From: Nitrospira sp. | GTDB taxonomy: Bacteria; Nitrospirota; Nitrospiria; Nitrospirales; Nitrospiraceae | NCBI GenBank assembly: GCA_047150005.1 | Contig: AP038806.1 | Coordinates: forward strand, 640,001 to 704,000 | Length of the DNA: 64,000 bases | Direction of reading: 5' to 3' | Part shown: positions 37,836-46,513 of the stretch, in pieces | How the letters are laid out: every line of letters starts with the position of its first letter | Numbering within the stretch: position 1 is the first letter of the stretch | Made by a program: the position numbers and the translations under genes | The notes under the pieces: generated by a model | Databases searched by the model: none | What the model was told of the DNA's origin: nothing | What the model saw: only the letters and a program-made list of their open reading frames with translations

Positions 37836-38224
37836 CCCGGTATCTTTCCCTCGCTGAAGTTTTGGAACTCCACAGGTCTGTCATCCAACGCTGGGGTGGC
37901 GCCAGCGGGATTCGAGACCTCGGCGCGCTGGAGTCTGCCCTCGCACAGCCACGTCAGAGCTTTGCCGGACAGGATCTCTATCCTGATATCACGAGCAAAG
38001 CAGCGGCCATCTGCTTTTCGCTAGTACTCAACCACCCATTCGTCGATGGCAACAAGAGAATTGGCCATGCTGCGATGGAAACATTCCTCATGCTCAACGG
38101 TCACGAGCTCCATGCGTCTGTCGACGAGCAAGAACGTGTAGTGCTGGACTTGGCTGCGGGAAATCTTACCCGCGACACGTTTGTGGAGTGGGTCACACAA
38201 CACATTGTCCCAACGAGACAGTAA
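37832..38224 (+). CDS. Death-on-curing (Doc/Fic) family toxin
   Basis: GIRDLGALESAL and HPFVDGNKRIG. Confidence 0.92.
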   Translation: MTRYLSLAEVLELHRSVIQRWGGASGIRDLGALESALAQPRQSFAGQDLYPDITSKAAAICFSLVLNHPFVDGNKRIGHAAMETFLMLNGHELHASVDEQERVVLDLAAGNLTRDTFVEWVTQHIVPTRQ

Positions 38225-38247
38225 CCTCATCCGCATCATCCAACATT

Positions 38248-39816
38248 TCACACTTTCCCCAGTCTCACTGGCCCGTAGGTTTGGCGGGCTTGCTGGAGTT
38301 CTTTGATGTGCTTTCGAAGAGCCGGGCCGAACGTTGAACGAAGAACAGCATCCCGGTGGCGGGTAATGCGCTGTTCGGCTTCGGCAATCGCCTCTTCGAG
38401 TTGCCCGACGAGCCTGGCGCCCGACCCGGTGAGCCATTTGAGATGCCGTCCCGCATAGTCGAGATCCTGCATCGAGTACCGGACCGACTCGATTTCTTCG
38501 AGGCAGCGGAAGCGCGCGCGCAACAGATCGCGCGGCGTAAGTCCGGCCTCCTTCCACTGTTTTGAACCTTTCTTCGTTTCCGCCCAGGCGGACAATCGCT
38601 CAAAGAGAAGCGCGCCCATCGTGAACGTGAACGTGGCGTGCAGGATGCCGCGGATCGGCCGCAGGCTGCGCCGCCACGGCGAGTAAAAGATCTGCTGATT
38701 GCGGTCGCCGCGGTACATGACGTGTTTGCGGAGCAATAAGTTCAGGTGGTGATGGCTGTTTTCGTGGATCAGATCGTCGATCAGGTCCAGATTGTCGCGG
38801 TCGAAACAATTGATGAAGGACAGTCCAGGTCGGTGACGATAGCTGAAACTCACGACACCTTTGGCGTGCAGAGGAATCACCCGCGAGGTGAGCAAGGCCA
38901 GAACCTCGTGGCCTTCCGGCCATGCGCGCCGAATTGTCTGCCAGGCTCGGCCGATGCGCTTCACCTGGCGAGGATGCGTCAATCTCACCGCCCGAGGTTG
39001 ACGATCTCTGTCATAGCGTAACGTCGGGCCGACGATAGGGGGCCGTTGCAGCGCGTCGGTCGCTGTGGCCGCCGCTCCTTTTGTCCAATGCCACTCGATG
39101 CCATCGTCGTGGAGTGTACAGATGGGGAAACGGTTCCTCTTCTTGAGGATGATTCTGCCTTGGTCGACCTCGAACGTGACGGGCCGTGCAGACCGGCGAA
39201 CAGCCAGGACTGCGGAGCGGGGAACGATCAGTGCATCTCCCGCTATCCCGCTCGGAACGGTCCATGCCGACTCCGCTCGCTCAAAATGCTGATCCAAGGT
39301 TCCCTGCACCTCCCAGGGATCCATTCTCTGTTGTCTGGTCCACTGGATCGCCCATCGAGGGTCGAAGAACAACGATTCCTGCGTCACCTCGCCCGCCAAC
39401 CTCGCACAGAGCCATTGCAGTCTGATGCCTAATCTTTTCGGCTGCTTGTGTCCCTGCGGAAACAGCTCGTCCAGATAGCTGTTCTCGAAAAACTTTTGTT
39501 CACATTCTGCAAAGAGCTGTTCGGCAAAGTCACGCGGATCGCGTTCCTTGCCGATTTGCTGAAGGAGGTCCAGAAAATACACCAGATCGTTGAGCGTCTC
39601 GATCCATCCCACGACTTTCCAGTTACAAAACGCGCGGTCTTCAAACGCATGGGCTACAAAATGGAAGTAGCCCACCGGCAGACTGAACTGCCTTGACAGC
39701 TGAGCATAGTCGACGGCGAGATCTCGGCACAGATCCAAGAGCAGCCGTTTCATGGATCGCCGGAATTCACCCTGCAAACCGGAGAGTGCGGCGGCATCAA
39801 ACAATGGTGTGGTCAT
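38248..39816 (-). CDS. HEXXH-motif domain protein (aKG-HExxH-like)
   Basis: LIHENSHHHL and YSPWRRSLRPIRGILHA. Confidence 0.75.
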   Translation of the reverse strand: MTTPLFDAAALSGLQGEFRRSMKRLLLDLCRDLAVDYAQLSRQFSLPVGYFHFVAHAFEDRAFCNWKVVGWIETLNDLVYFLDLLQQIGKERDPRDFAEQLFAECEQKFFENSYLDELFPQGHKQPKRLGIRLQWLCARLAGEVTQESLFFDPRWAIQWTRQQRMDPWEVQGTLDQHFERAESAWTVPSGIAGDALIVPRSAVLAVRRSARPVTFEVDQGRIILKKRNRFPICTLHDDGIEWHWTKGAAATATDALQRPPIVGPTLRYDRDRQPRAVRLTHPRQVKRIGRAWQTIRRAWPEGHEVLALLTSRVIPLHAKGVVSFSYRHRPGLSFINCFDRDNLDLIDDLIHENSHHHLNLLLRKHVMYRGDRNQQIFYSPWRRSLRPIRGILHATFTFTMGALLFERLSAWAETKKGSKQWKEAGLTPRDLLRARFRCLEEIESVRYSMQDLDYAGRHLKWLTGSGARLVGQLEEAIAEAEQRITRHRDAVLRSTFGPALRKHIKELQQARQTYGPVRLGKV

Positions 39817-39937
39817 GCGGAGTCTCCGTTAGGACGACGCGTGACTGTACCGAAGGCTAGAACGATCGTGCAAGGACACCCGGCCGGCCAGCGGAGGCAG
39901 GGAACGGATGAAGGGGCGGAAACGTGCCGCTCTTTTG

Positions 39938-40153
39938 CTAAGCGGGCATTTTATCGGAACGGAGGATGACCGGTGAGAGGCCCTTGACCTTCAGCCAGGA
40001 ATCCCTGAGGCCGCGATGCTGTTGAATCAGTTGATCGATGATGTTTCCGCACGACACACAACGCCAACCTCTCATCCACATTGGAATACTGCTCTCCTGC
40101 ATGTCGATCAAGTCGTCAGGGACCATGAGTCCTTCACATCTTGTGCAATGCAT
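39938..40153 (-). CDS. Small Zn-ribbon protein
   Basis: CTRC...WRCVSCG; RBS GAGGGAGG. Confidence 0.75.
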   Translation of the reverse strand: MHCTRCEGLMVPDDLIDMQESSIPMWMRGWRCVSCGNIIDQLIQQHRGLRDSWLKVKGLSPVILRSDKMPA

Positions 40154-40250
40154 GGTCTGCCTCCCTCATGGATGATCGATGTACACTGACTTCCTTATGC
40201 GCAGTTGCGTGCATACCAGCGCACGATATCGCCCGATGCCGTGAACTGGA

Positions 40251-40266
40251 AGCAATCAGGATGCCA
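40251..40266 (-). promoter_or_regulatory. sigma54 -24/-12 promoter upstream of the Zn-ribbon gene
   Basis: Minus strand TGGCATCCTGATTGCT (GG-N10-GC). Confidence 0.6.
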
Positions 40267-40480
40267 CGTGCCTGTCCGGTAGACTTGCCAGTTTTTCCGG
40301 CCGATCGTAGAGTGCCCCACCCGGACATGCACAGATCGGTCTGTCAGACGACCGATTTCGCCCTCTAACGCCCCAGGATGGCAAACGTCGGCATGAGGGG
40401 TTCCACGTATACTGGGCACACGCGGCTGGATCTGACAAACTGAAGGATATTTCCTGCAGAACACACCAGCGATAGGCACC

Positions 40481-41923
40481 ATGTCCCTGACAGATCTCGA
40501 GATCACCCACGTCCTCGCAGAGATTGAGACTACCGTCGGCACGGGTTGGATCCAACGGATCTCCCAGCCGGGCATCCGCACGCTCGTGTTTGAAATCCGC
40601 GTACCGGGCCGGACTCATCGGCTGTTGGTGTCTTGTCAACCGGAACGCGCGCGGCTTCATCTGGTCACGAGACCGTTGAGAAATCCGCCGAGCCCGCCGG
40701 CATTTTGCCAGTACCTTCGGGCACATGTTCTGGGTGCCCGTATTGAGGGATTCCGGCAGATTCCCGGCGACAGAATCGTGGAATGCCGGCTGACGACCAA
40801 GGCAGGGCTTCGAACGCTGCTGTGTGAGTTCACAGGACGGCGAGCCAATCTGTACGTGTTGGACGCCGAAGGCGTGATTCTCAAGAACCTCTCCGGAGAT
40901 CGCGCATTGATCGGCACACGCTACCGTCCACCCCACAGGCCTGACCGGACCGGGCACGACCAGGCGTCTCGGTTTCCCGTGTACGACCCGACCGGAAACC
41001 ATTTGGTCTCCGCCGCCATCGAACAGCATTATCATGATCGTGATTCCGCCACGACGCTGGATCAGGCCAAAGACGCACGTCAGCGTGCACTGAAGAAAAC
41101 CATCCAGAAAGCTCAACGCCGTATCGAAGCCTGGCAAGAAGACCTGGCCAAGGCGGCCCGGTTCCGGGAGTACGCCCGCTATGGGGAGTTGCTGAAGGCT
41201 AATCTGGGGATGATCAGGAAGGGAATGGATCAAATCCTGCTGATCGATTATTTCGACCCCACGATGCCGGAGATCTCTCTTCCGCTCGACGGCACGAAAT
41301 CCGCCCAAGGGAATATGGAAGATTACTTCCGCAAGCACCGCAAGTATCTGACGGCGCAACAGGAGCTGCCGCCTCGCATTGCGCAAACGGAGGGAGACCT
41401 TGGGGCGCTGCGACGGGAACTCGTGGAAATCGAACAGGGAACCTGGTCTCCTCCGGTCACCGAACCCAGCCATGGAATGTTCCGCCCACGCTGGCGCGAC
41501 GGAGCCGGACAGCCGCATCAACGGCGCAGGCCATTCAGGCGATTCATCTCCACCGACGGTCTCCCTATTCTGGTGGGACGGAATGCCCGGGAAAACGATG
41601 AGCTGACGTTCGGTTTGGCAAACAGCGATGACCTGTGGCTGCACGCCCGTGGAGTTCCCGGCTCCCATGTGGTCGTGCGATTGGAGAAGGGCAAGGACGC
41701 ACCCCCCGCCACCATACTGGATGCGGCAACATTGGCTCTCCTGTACAGCGACCTCAAGAGAAGCGCCAAAGGCGAGGTGATCTATACAAGACGTAAGTGG
41801 GTCAGGAAGGTGAAGAACCAAGCTCCAGGAGCGGTCCTCGTGACGCGAGAGCAGTCACTGACGGTCCGCTTGGACCCAGCGAGACTTGCAACCTTGAAGG
41901 ACCGGAGCCGGGAGAACGCCTAG
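40481..41923 (+). CDS. NFACT family protein (RqcH/FbpA-like)
   Basis: NFACT-N: PPAFCQYLRAH, DRIV. NFACT-R: VGRNARENDEL, WLHARGVPGSHV. Confidence 0.88.
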   Translation: MSLTDLEITHVLAEIETTVGTGWIQRISQPGIRTLVFEIRVPGRTHRLLVSCQPERARLHLVTRPLRNPPSPPAFCQYLRAHVLGARIEGFRQIPGDRIVECRLTTKAGLRTLLCEFTGRRANLYVLDAEGVILKNLSGDRALIGTRYRPPHRPDRTGHDQASRFPVYDPTGNHLVSAAIEQHYHDRDSATTLDQAKDARQRALKKTIQKAQRRIEAWQEDLAKAARFREYARYGELLKANLGMIRKGMDQILLIDYFDPTMPEISLPLDGTKSAQGNMEDYFRKHRKYLTAQQELPPRIAQTEGDLGALRRELVEIEQGTWSPPVTEPSHGMFRPRWRDGAGQPHQRRRPFRRFISTDGLPILVGRNARENDELTFGLANSDDLWLHARGVPGSHVVVRLEKGKDAPPATILDAATLALLYSDLKRSAKGEVIYTRRKWVRKVKNQAPGAVLVTREQSLTVRLDPARLATLKDRSRENA

Positions 41924-42010
41924 CTCCAAATCCTCTTTTCGTAGGGTTTCCACATTCTCTGGGCTATCCTGGACCATACAGCCGCAGCTGATCAGACCAG
42001 GGAGCTCACC

Positions 42011-42511
42011 ATGCCGACCTTCGACGCCAAGATACAGACCGTGCTCGTCGTTGACGATGACCCTGGCGTCCTCACCCTGTGCCGCACACTGTTGGAACGG
42101 GCAGGATTTTCCGTCCTGCCGGCCGCAGGAAGCTCGGAAGCGTTGAAGATCTGCAAACACCATCCCGGCACCATCGACATCCTGGTGACGGATCTGGTGC
42201 TTCCGCCTCCGGAGTTCTCATTTGCGTCGGGAGACAATGAGTTTCCTCACGTTCACGGCCATGAGCTCGCCGTTCGCTCCCTCGGCATGCGGGACAATCT
42301 CCGTATTATCCTGATGTCGGGCAATATCGAAAAGGACCTGGCCGGCTATGGGATCAGGAAAGGCTCCTTGCCCTTCATTTCCAAACCTTTCGACAATCTG
42401 GCGATGGTCGACCTGATCCGCCGGACCTTGCTGGGAGCCCCGCCGACCAAGGAATCGCTGCTGCACGAGAATCAAGACAAGGCCAAAGGCGCGGACGAAT
42501 GGTTCGACTGA
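42011..42511 (+). CDS. Single-domain response regulator receiver
   Basis: LVVDDD, LVTDLVLP, LMSG, FISKPF. Confidence 0.88.
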   Translation: MPTFDAKIQTVLVVDDDPGVLTLCRTLLERAGFSVLPAAGSSEALKICKHHPGTIDILVTDLVLPPPEFSFASGDNEFPHVHGHELAVRSLGMRDNLRIILMSGNIEKDLAGYGIRKGSLPFISKPFDNLAMVDLIRRTLLGAPPTKESLLHENQDKAKGADEWFD

Positions 42512-42610
42512 TCAGACAACCGGCCCATCACCCACCCGGCAGCAGTCGGCCGACCATTGATCCATACCAGAATTGCCGGTGAGGCGGGCGATCATCTAAT
42601 CGGACAAGCA

Positions 42611-42648
42611 AGAAGGGGGCTGCCGTCGCTTGACGGCAGCCCCCTTCT
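42611..42648. terminator. Hairpin terminator between convergent genes
   Basis: Perfect 17-bp stem AGAAGGGGGCTGCCGTC-GCTT-GACGGCAGCCCCCTTCT. Confidence 0.75.
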
Positions 42649-42676
42649 CATTGACACGTACAATCGATCTTATCGC

Positions 42677-43009
42677 TTACCAGCGATCGCGCTTTCCACC
42701 GCCACCGCTCCGGCCGCCTCCGAACCCACCACGACCTCCTCCACCTCCGCCGGCGCGAGGCTCCTGAGGACGCGCTTCATTGACCGTCAGGGTCCGGCCT
42801 CCCATTTCTGATCCATTGAGCGCAGTGATCGCGGCCTGGGCTTCCGAATCCGAGGACATCTCGACAAACCCGAACCCGCGGGACTGTCCCGTGAACTTGT
42901 CCGTAATGATCCGCGCCGAAGCCACGCCGCCGTGCACCGCGAACAGATCACTCAACTGCTGCTCGGTTGCCGAATAGGGCAACCCACCGACGTAAATCTT
43001 TGAACCCAT
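42677..43009 (-). CDS. RRM RNA-binding protein with Gly-rich tail
   Basis: RNP2 IYVGGL, RNP1 RGFGFVEM, LTVNEARP. Confidence 0.95.
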   Translation of the reverse strand: MGSKIYVGGLPYSATEQQLSDLFAVHGGVASARIITDKFTGQSRGFGFVEMSSDSEAQAAITALNGSEMGGRTLTVNEARPQEPRAGGGGGGRGGFGGGRSGGGGKRDRW

Positions 43010-43206
43010 GTGGGGTTCCTCCTTATGAAAATGATGACATTGTCTTGAACACGAGCAACGGGGAAGGAGCGGGCCGAAGGCGCGAAGATTGTGGCGACTT
43101 GGGTCTGACTTCCGACGAAATTCCCGGACAAGGCAACATCAATGTGGCGGGTCTCCTTCTCTTGAACCCCCTTCACCGCGAGACCCGTACGCATGAAGTG
43201 GGAGCA

Positions 43207-43235
43207 ACCCTAGCACAGGGTCTGGTGGATTACAA
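43207..43235 (-). promoter_or_regulatory. Possible sigma70 promoter of the RRM gene
   Basis: TTGTAA-N17-TAGGGT with TGn extension. Confidence 0.4.
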
Positions 43236-43306
43236 CCAAGGACGGGTCCGAACCTCCTTCCGCAGCAACCGGGACCCGTGGGGACAAACCCCAGTCCTTA
43301 GGGAGA

Positions 43307-44098
43307 CTACTCCCCTATGCGGACCAAAGAGCCTTGAACCTTACAATAGGCAAAGGTCTTGTAAAATAAGATGATCATGCCAACGAGCATGGCCGCATTG
43401 AGACCGCAGGCCCAGAGCAAGTTGGCTACCGGTGAGCCCGAACCGTTCAAAACCGCCCGCATGCCTTCAAACACATGAGCCGCCGGATTGACCCAGGCTA
43501 CAACCTTGAGCCAGGCCGGCAGCACGTCGAGCGGATAGAATACGCAAGAGATCGGCTGGAAGAGAAAGACCATACTCCACGCGAGCACCTCCGCCTCCTG
43601 TCCGAATCGCATGATCAATGAAGTCGTGAAGACCCCGATGCTCCACCCGGTCACGACCAGGTTGAGGACAAACGGGAAGAGCCACAGCCCCATCACCAGG
43701 ACGTTGTAGTCGTAAAACAGCCAGGCGCAGATGCCCATGACGATGGACACGCAGGTGACCTTAAAGATGCTCATGGCGATCGTCGCCGCAAGAAATTCCC
43801 CGGGCGTCAGAGGGCTCGCAAAGAGATTCATCAGGTTCCTGGCCCAGAGTTCCTCGAGAAAGGAAATGGTGATCCCCTGCTGCGACCGGAACAGCATATC
43901 CCAGAGAATCAGGGCGCCAAGGAAAAAGGTCACGAAGCCCGGTACTTGAGGTTGGTATTTTGCCAAATACAGCGTGATGAACCCCCAGATCACCAAATCC
44001 AGGAACGGCCAATAAAAAATCTCCATGATGCGGGGTAAGCTTCGTCGATACAGATACAGGTGGCGCGACACCAAGGCGCCGATCCGATGGAGTTTCAT
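43307..44098 (-). CDS. ABC-2 type exporter permease
   Basis: TM helices, LFASPL, FYPLDVLPAWL..NPAAHVFEGMR; ATGA overlap with the upstream gene. Confidence 0.88.
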   Translation of the reverse strand: MKLHRIGALVSRHLYLYRRSLPRIMEIFYWPFLDLVIWGFITLYLAKYQPQVPGFVTFFLGALILWDMLFRSQQGITISFLEELWARNLMNLFASPLTPGEFLAATIAMSIFKVTCVSIVMGICAWLFYDYNVLVMGLWLFPFVLNLVVTGWSIGVFTTSLIMRFGQEAEVLAWSMVFLFQPISCVFYPLDVLPAWLKVVAWVNPAAHVFEGMRAVLNGSGSPVANLLWACGLNAAMLVGMIILFYKTFAYCKVQGSLVRIGE

Positions 44099-44511
44099 CC
44101 GCACCCTCCGGCGTCACGCGGCTCGTGCTCGTGGCCGCACCCGCCGCAGTCATGATGTTTCCCCAGCAGGTCAGCCATGAGATGCCGCACTTCGGCGAAC
44201 ATGTGGGTACCGGCCCGCTGGCCGTCCGGAGCCTTGCGAAGCCCCAGCCCAACGAGGAGAAGCGGCATGGCCAGCAGTCCCAGAGCAAATGTCTCGCTCT
44301 CGTTGACGCCTCCCCTGATCCAGAACAGAGCTGCGCCCAACAGCAACGGCAGCCCACCCACAAGGGCGCCATTGGCGATGACACGCCACGTGCATGTCCC
44401 CCGCGTCAGACCGATCGATCCGATGACCAACCAGAAGAGCCCCCAACAGAAACTTAATCCGAGCCCTCCGACCATCGTGCCGACGACGAAATCTATGACC
44501 GCGTCCTGCAC
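44095..44511 (-). CDS. Small membrane protein with His/Cys-rich tail
   Basis: Three TM segments; tail KHHDCGGCGHEHEPRDAGGCG. Confidence 0.7.
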   Translation of the reverse strand: MQDAVIDFVVGTMVGGLGLSFCWGLFWLVIGSIGLTRGTCTWRVIANGALVGGLPLLLGAALFWIRGGVNESETFALGLLAMPLLLVGLGLRKAPDGQRAGTHMFAEVRHLMADLLGKHHDCGGCGHEHEPRDAGGCG

Positions 44512-44529
44512 CTCGCTCCTCTCGCCGAT

Positions 44530-45264
44530 TTAGCGCGACTCCCGCGCAATCTTCAGAAAGACTTCCTCGAGATCGGCTTCGCCGAACCGCGCCACGATTT
44601 CCTGAGCCGTCCCTTCCGCGACGATCGTTCCTCGCTGCAGAAAAATAATCCGGTCGGACATATCCTCCATCTCACGCATATTGTGCGACGTGTACAGGAT
44701 GCTGAGACCGGATGATCGGCGCTCTTCCTTCAACAACGCGCGGATCTTGTGGGCGATGTCGGGATCAAGACTGGCCGTAGGCTCATCCAGGAACAGTATT
44801 TTCGGCTCGGTCAGAAACGCTTTGGCCAGGGTCAACCGAGTCATCTGTCCGGACGAGAGCTTGCGCGTCACCTTCCGGCGGATGTCCTCCATCTCGAACT
44901 TCTTCACGATGTCGTCCACACGCCGTTCGATGTCCTTGAGGCCGTAGAGTCTGGCCACGACCCACAGGTTCTCCTCAACGGTCAGGGCCAGCGGCATGGA
45001 AATATAGGTGGAGGAGAAGTTGACCTGCTGGAGGATCTGTTCGCGATGAGACGCCAATTCCATGCCGAACATGTGAATAGAGCCCGCGGTCGGGGTGATC
45101 AGCCCCAGCAACATCTGCATCGTGGTGGTTTTCCCCGCACCGTTCGGACCGAGCAGGCCCAGGATTTCTCCCGGCTTCATGCTGAACGAAATATCCTGCA
45201 CGGCGGTGAACTCGCCGAATTGCTTTCGGAGTCTGGTGACGCTCAGCACGGGCGGGATCATCAT
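44530..45264 (-). CDS. ABC transporter ATP-binding protein
   Basis: GPNGAGKTT, LSSGQ, LFLDEPT, TSH. Confidence 0.95.
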   Translation of the reverse strand: MMIPPVLSVTRLRKQFGEFTAVQDISFSMKPGEILGLLGPNGAGKTTTMQMLLGLITPTAGSIHMFGMELASHREQILQQVNFSSTYISMPLALTVEENLWVVARLYGLKDIERRVDDIVKKFEMEDIRRKVTRKLSSGQMTRLTLAKAFLTEPKILFLDEPTASLDPDIAHKIRALLKEERRSSGLSILYTSHNMREMEDMSDRIIFLQRGTIVAEGTAQEIVARFGEADLEEVFLKIARESR

Positions 45265-45283
45265 GATGCGCTGACGAATCCGT

Positions 45284-45991
45284 CTAGAATGAGAGGAAGC
45301 TCTTGAGCTTGTCCGGCAAGTGACATGTCTCGCACTTTCGATCCAGCACCTTGCCCTGATGATCGGCCTTGCCGTCGTGACATCGGAAACAGTCCTTGAG
45401 CGCCCGTGCTCGGAGATAGGACCCTTCCGGATGGTCCGGAAACCAGGGCTGACTGTCGGCCGACACGTGACCGCGAGGAATCACGATCGGGTACCCTTTG
45501 ATCGGCCGCTCGTGGACGATCCCCGAGTGGCAAGCGGCACAGCCCTCTCCCCGGCCCTGGATCCGGAACGCCTCCATATGCTTTCGATGACTCATGACCA
45601 ACCCGACGTCCTGGACCGGCGGCGGCAGATCCCGAGGCGCCACCTCCGATACCCGGAGAATGTTGCGATGGCACCCCAGACACACGTCGGAATCGACCGA
45701 GGCCTTCAGATTGTGGGAATCGGTCGGCGTGCCGAACGCATAAATGAAGAGATCCTTCGTTCCCGCCCAGGCCTTGTCATGCATCCAGCCTTCTATTCCA
45801 GGCCGCACATGACAGGCCACGCAGGTGACCTCCCTATGAGACGATGCCGCCCAACTGTCGTACGACGGCGTGATGTTGTGGCAACTCGCGCAAAATTTCG
45901 GATGGTTGGTCAGGGGAACGGCCACTCCGCCCAGCGCCAAGGCACCGACGACAAGTGCCAATATGACGATCGCCTTAGGCCTCCAGCTCAT
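45284..45991 (-). CDS. Membrane-anchored hexaheme cytochrome c, NapC/NirT-like N-terminus
   Basis: CASCH, CVACH, CLGCH, CAACH, CFRCH, CETCH; N-terminal TM. Confidence 0.88.
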   Translation of the reverse strand: MSWRPKAIVILALVVGALALGGVAVPLTNHPKFCASCHNITPSYDSWAASSHREVTCVACHVRPGIEGWMHDKAWAGTKDLFIYAFGTPTDSHNLKASVDSDVCLGCHRNILRVSEVAPRDLPPPVQDVGLVMSHRKHMEAFRIQGRGEGCAACHSGIVHERPIKGYPIVIPRGHVSADSQPWFPDHPEGSYLRARALKDCFRCHDGKADHQGKVLDRKCETCHLPDKLKSFLSF

Positions 45992-46499
45992 GCGCCGTGC
46001 GTGGTCGCCGCAAAGGGAACCGCTTCATGATGAGCGCAGCCACTCCGGAGATGTCGTTGAGATCGAAGGTGGGAACACCCACATCCACGGGCTTGTCGGA
46101 CACGACGGCGAGCAGACCCTCCTGCGAAATGGGCATCTCTCCGATCTGCTCGCGGACGATCACGATTTTCGGATGCCCCTCGTGCTTCCATCCCTCGGCA
46201 AGGATGAGATCATAAGACTCGTTCAGGAACCGCCCGCGCACATCCTCGACCGTCAATTGATCGGAGACATCGGCGAACATGGCCATACTGCCTTTCGACA
46301 AGATGACGACGCTGCTGGCCCCGGCCTGTTTGTGTCTCCAGCTGTCTTTCCCTTCCGTGTCGAGATCGAACCCATGGCCCGCATGCTTGACGGTCGCGAT
46401 CTTGTATCCGGCCCGGACCAGTTCGGGGATGATCCGCTCGATGAACGTGGTCTTGCCGCTGTTCGATTTTCCGACGAAACATACGATAGGCGCGGCCAT
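45975..46499 (-). CDS. mobB: Molybdopterin-guanine dinucleotide biosynthesis protein B
   Basis: GKSNSGKTT, VKHAGH, GKDSWRH, LAEGWK. Start trimmed to MAAPI. Confidence 0.92.
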   Translation of the reverse strand: MAAPIVCFVGKSNSGKTTFIERIIPELVRAGYKIATVKHAGHGFDLDTEGKDSWRHKQAGASSVVILSKGSMAMFADVSDQLTVEDVRGRFLNESYDLILAEGWKHEGHPKIVIVREQIGEMPISQEGLLAVVSDKPVDVGVPTFDLNDISGVAALIMKRFPLRRPRTAHELEA

Positions 46500-46513
46500 G
46501 GCAGCAAATCCTC

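Noticed and set aside
40256..41821. 521-aa minus-strand ORF
   Set aside because: Antisense shadow of the NFACT gene.
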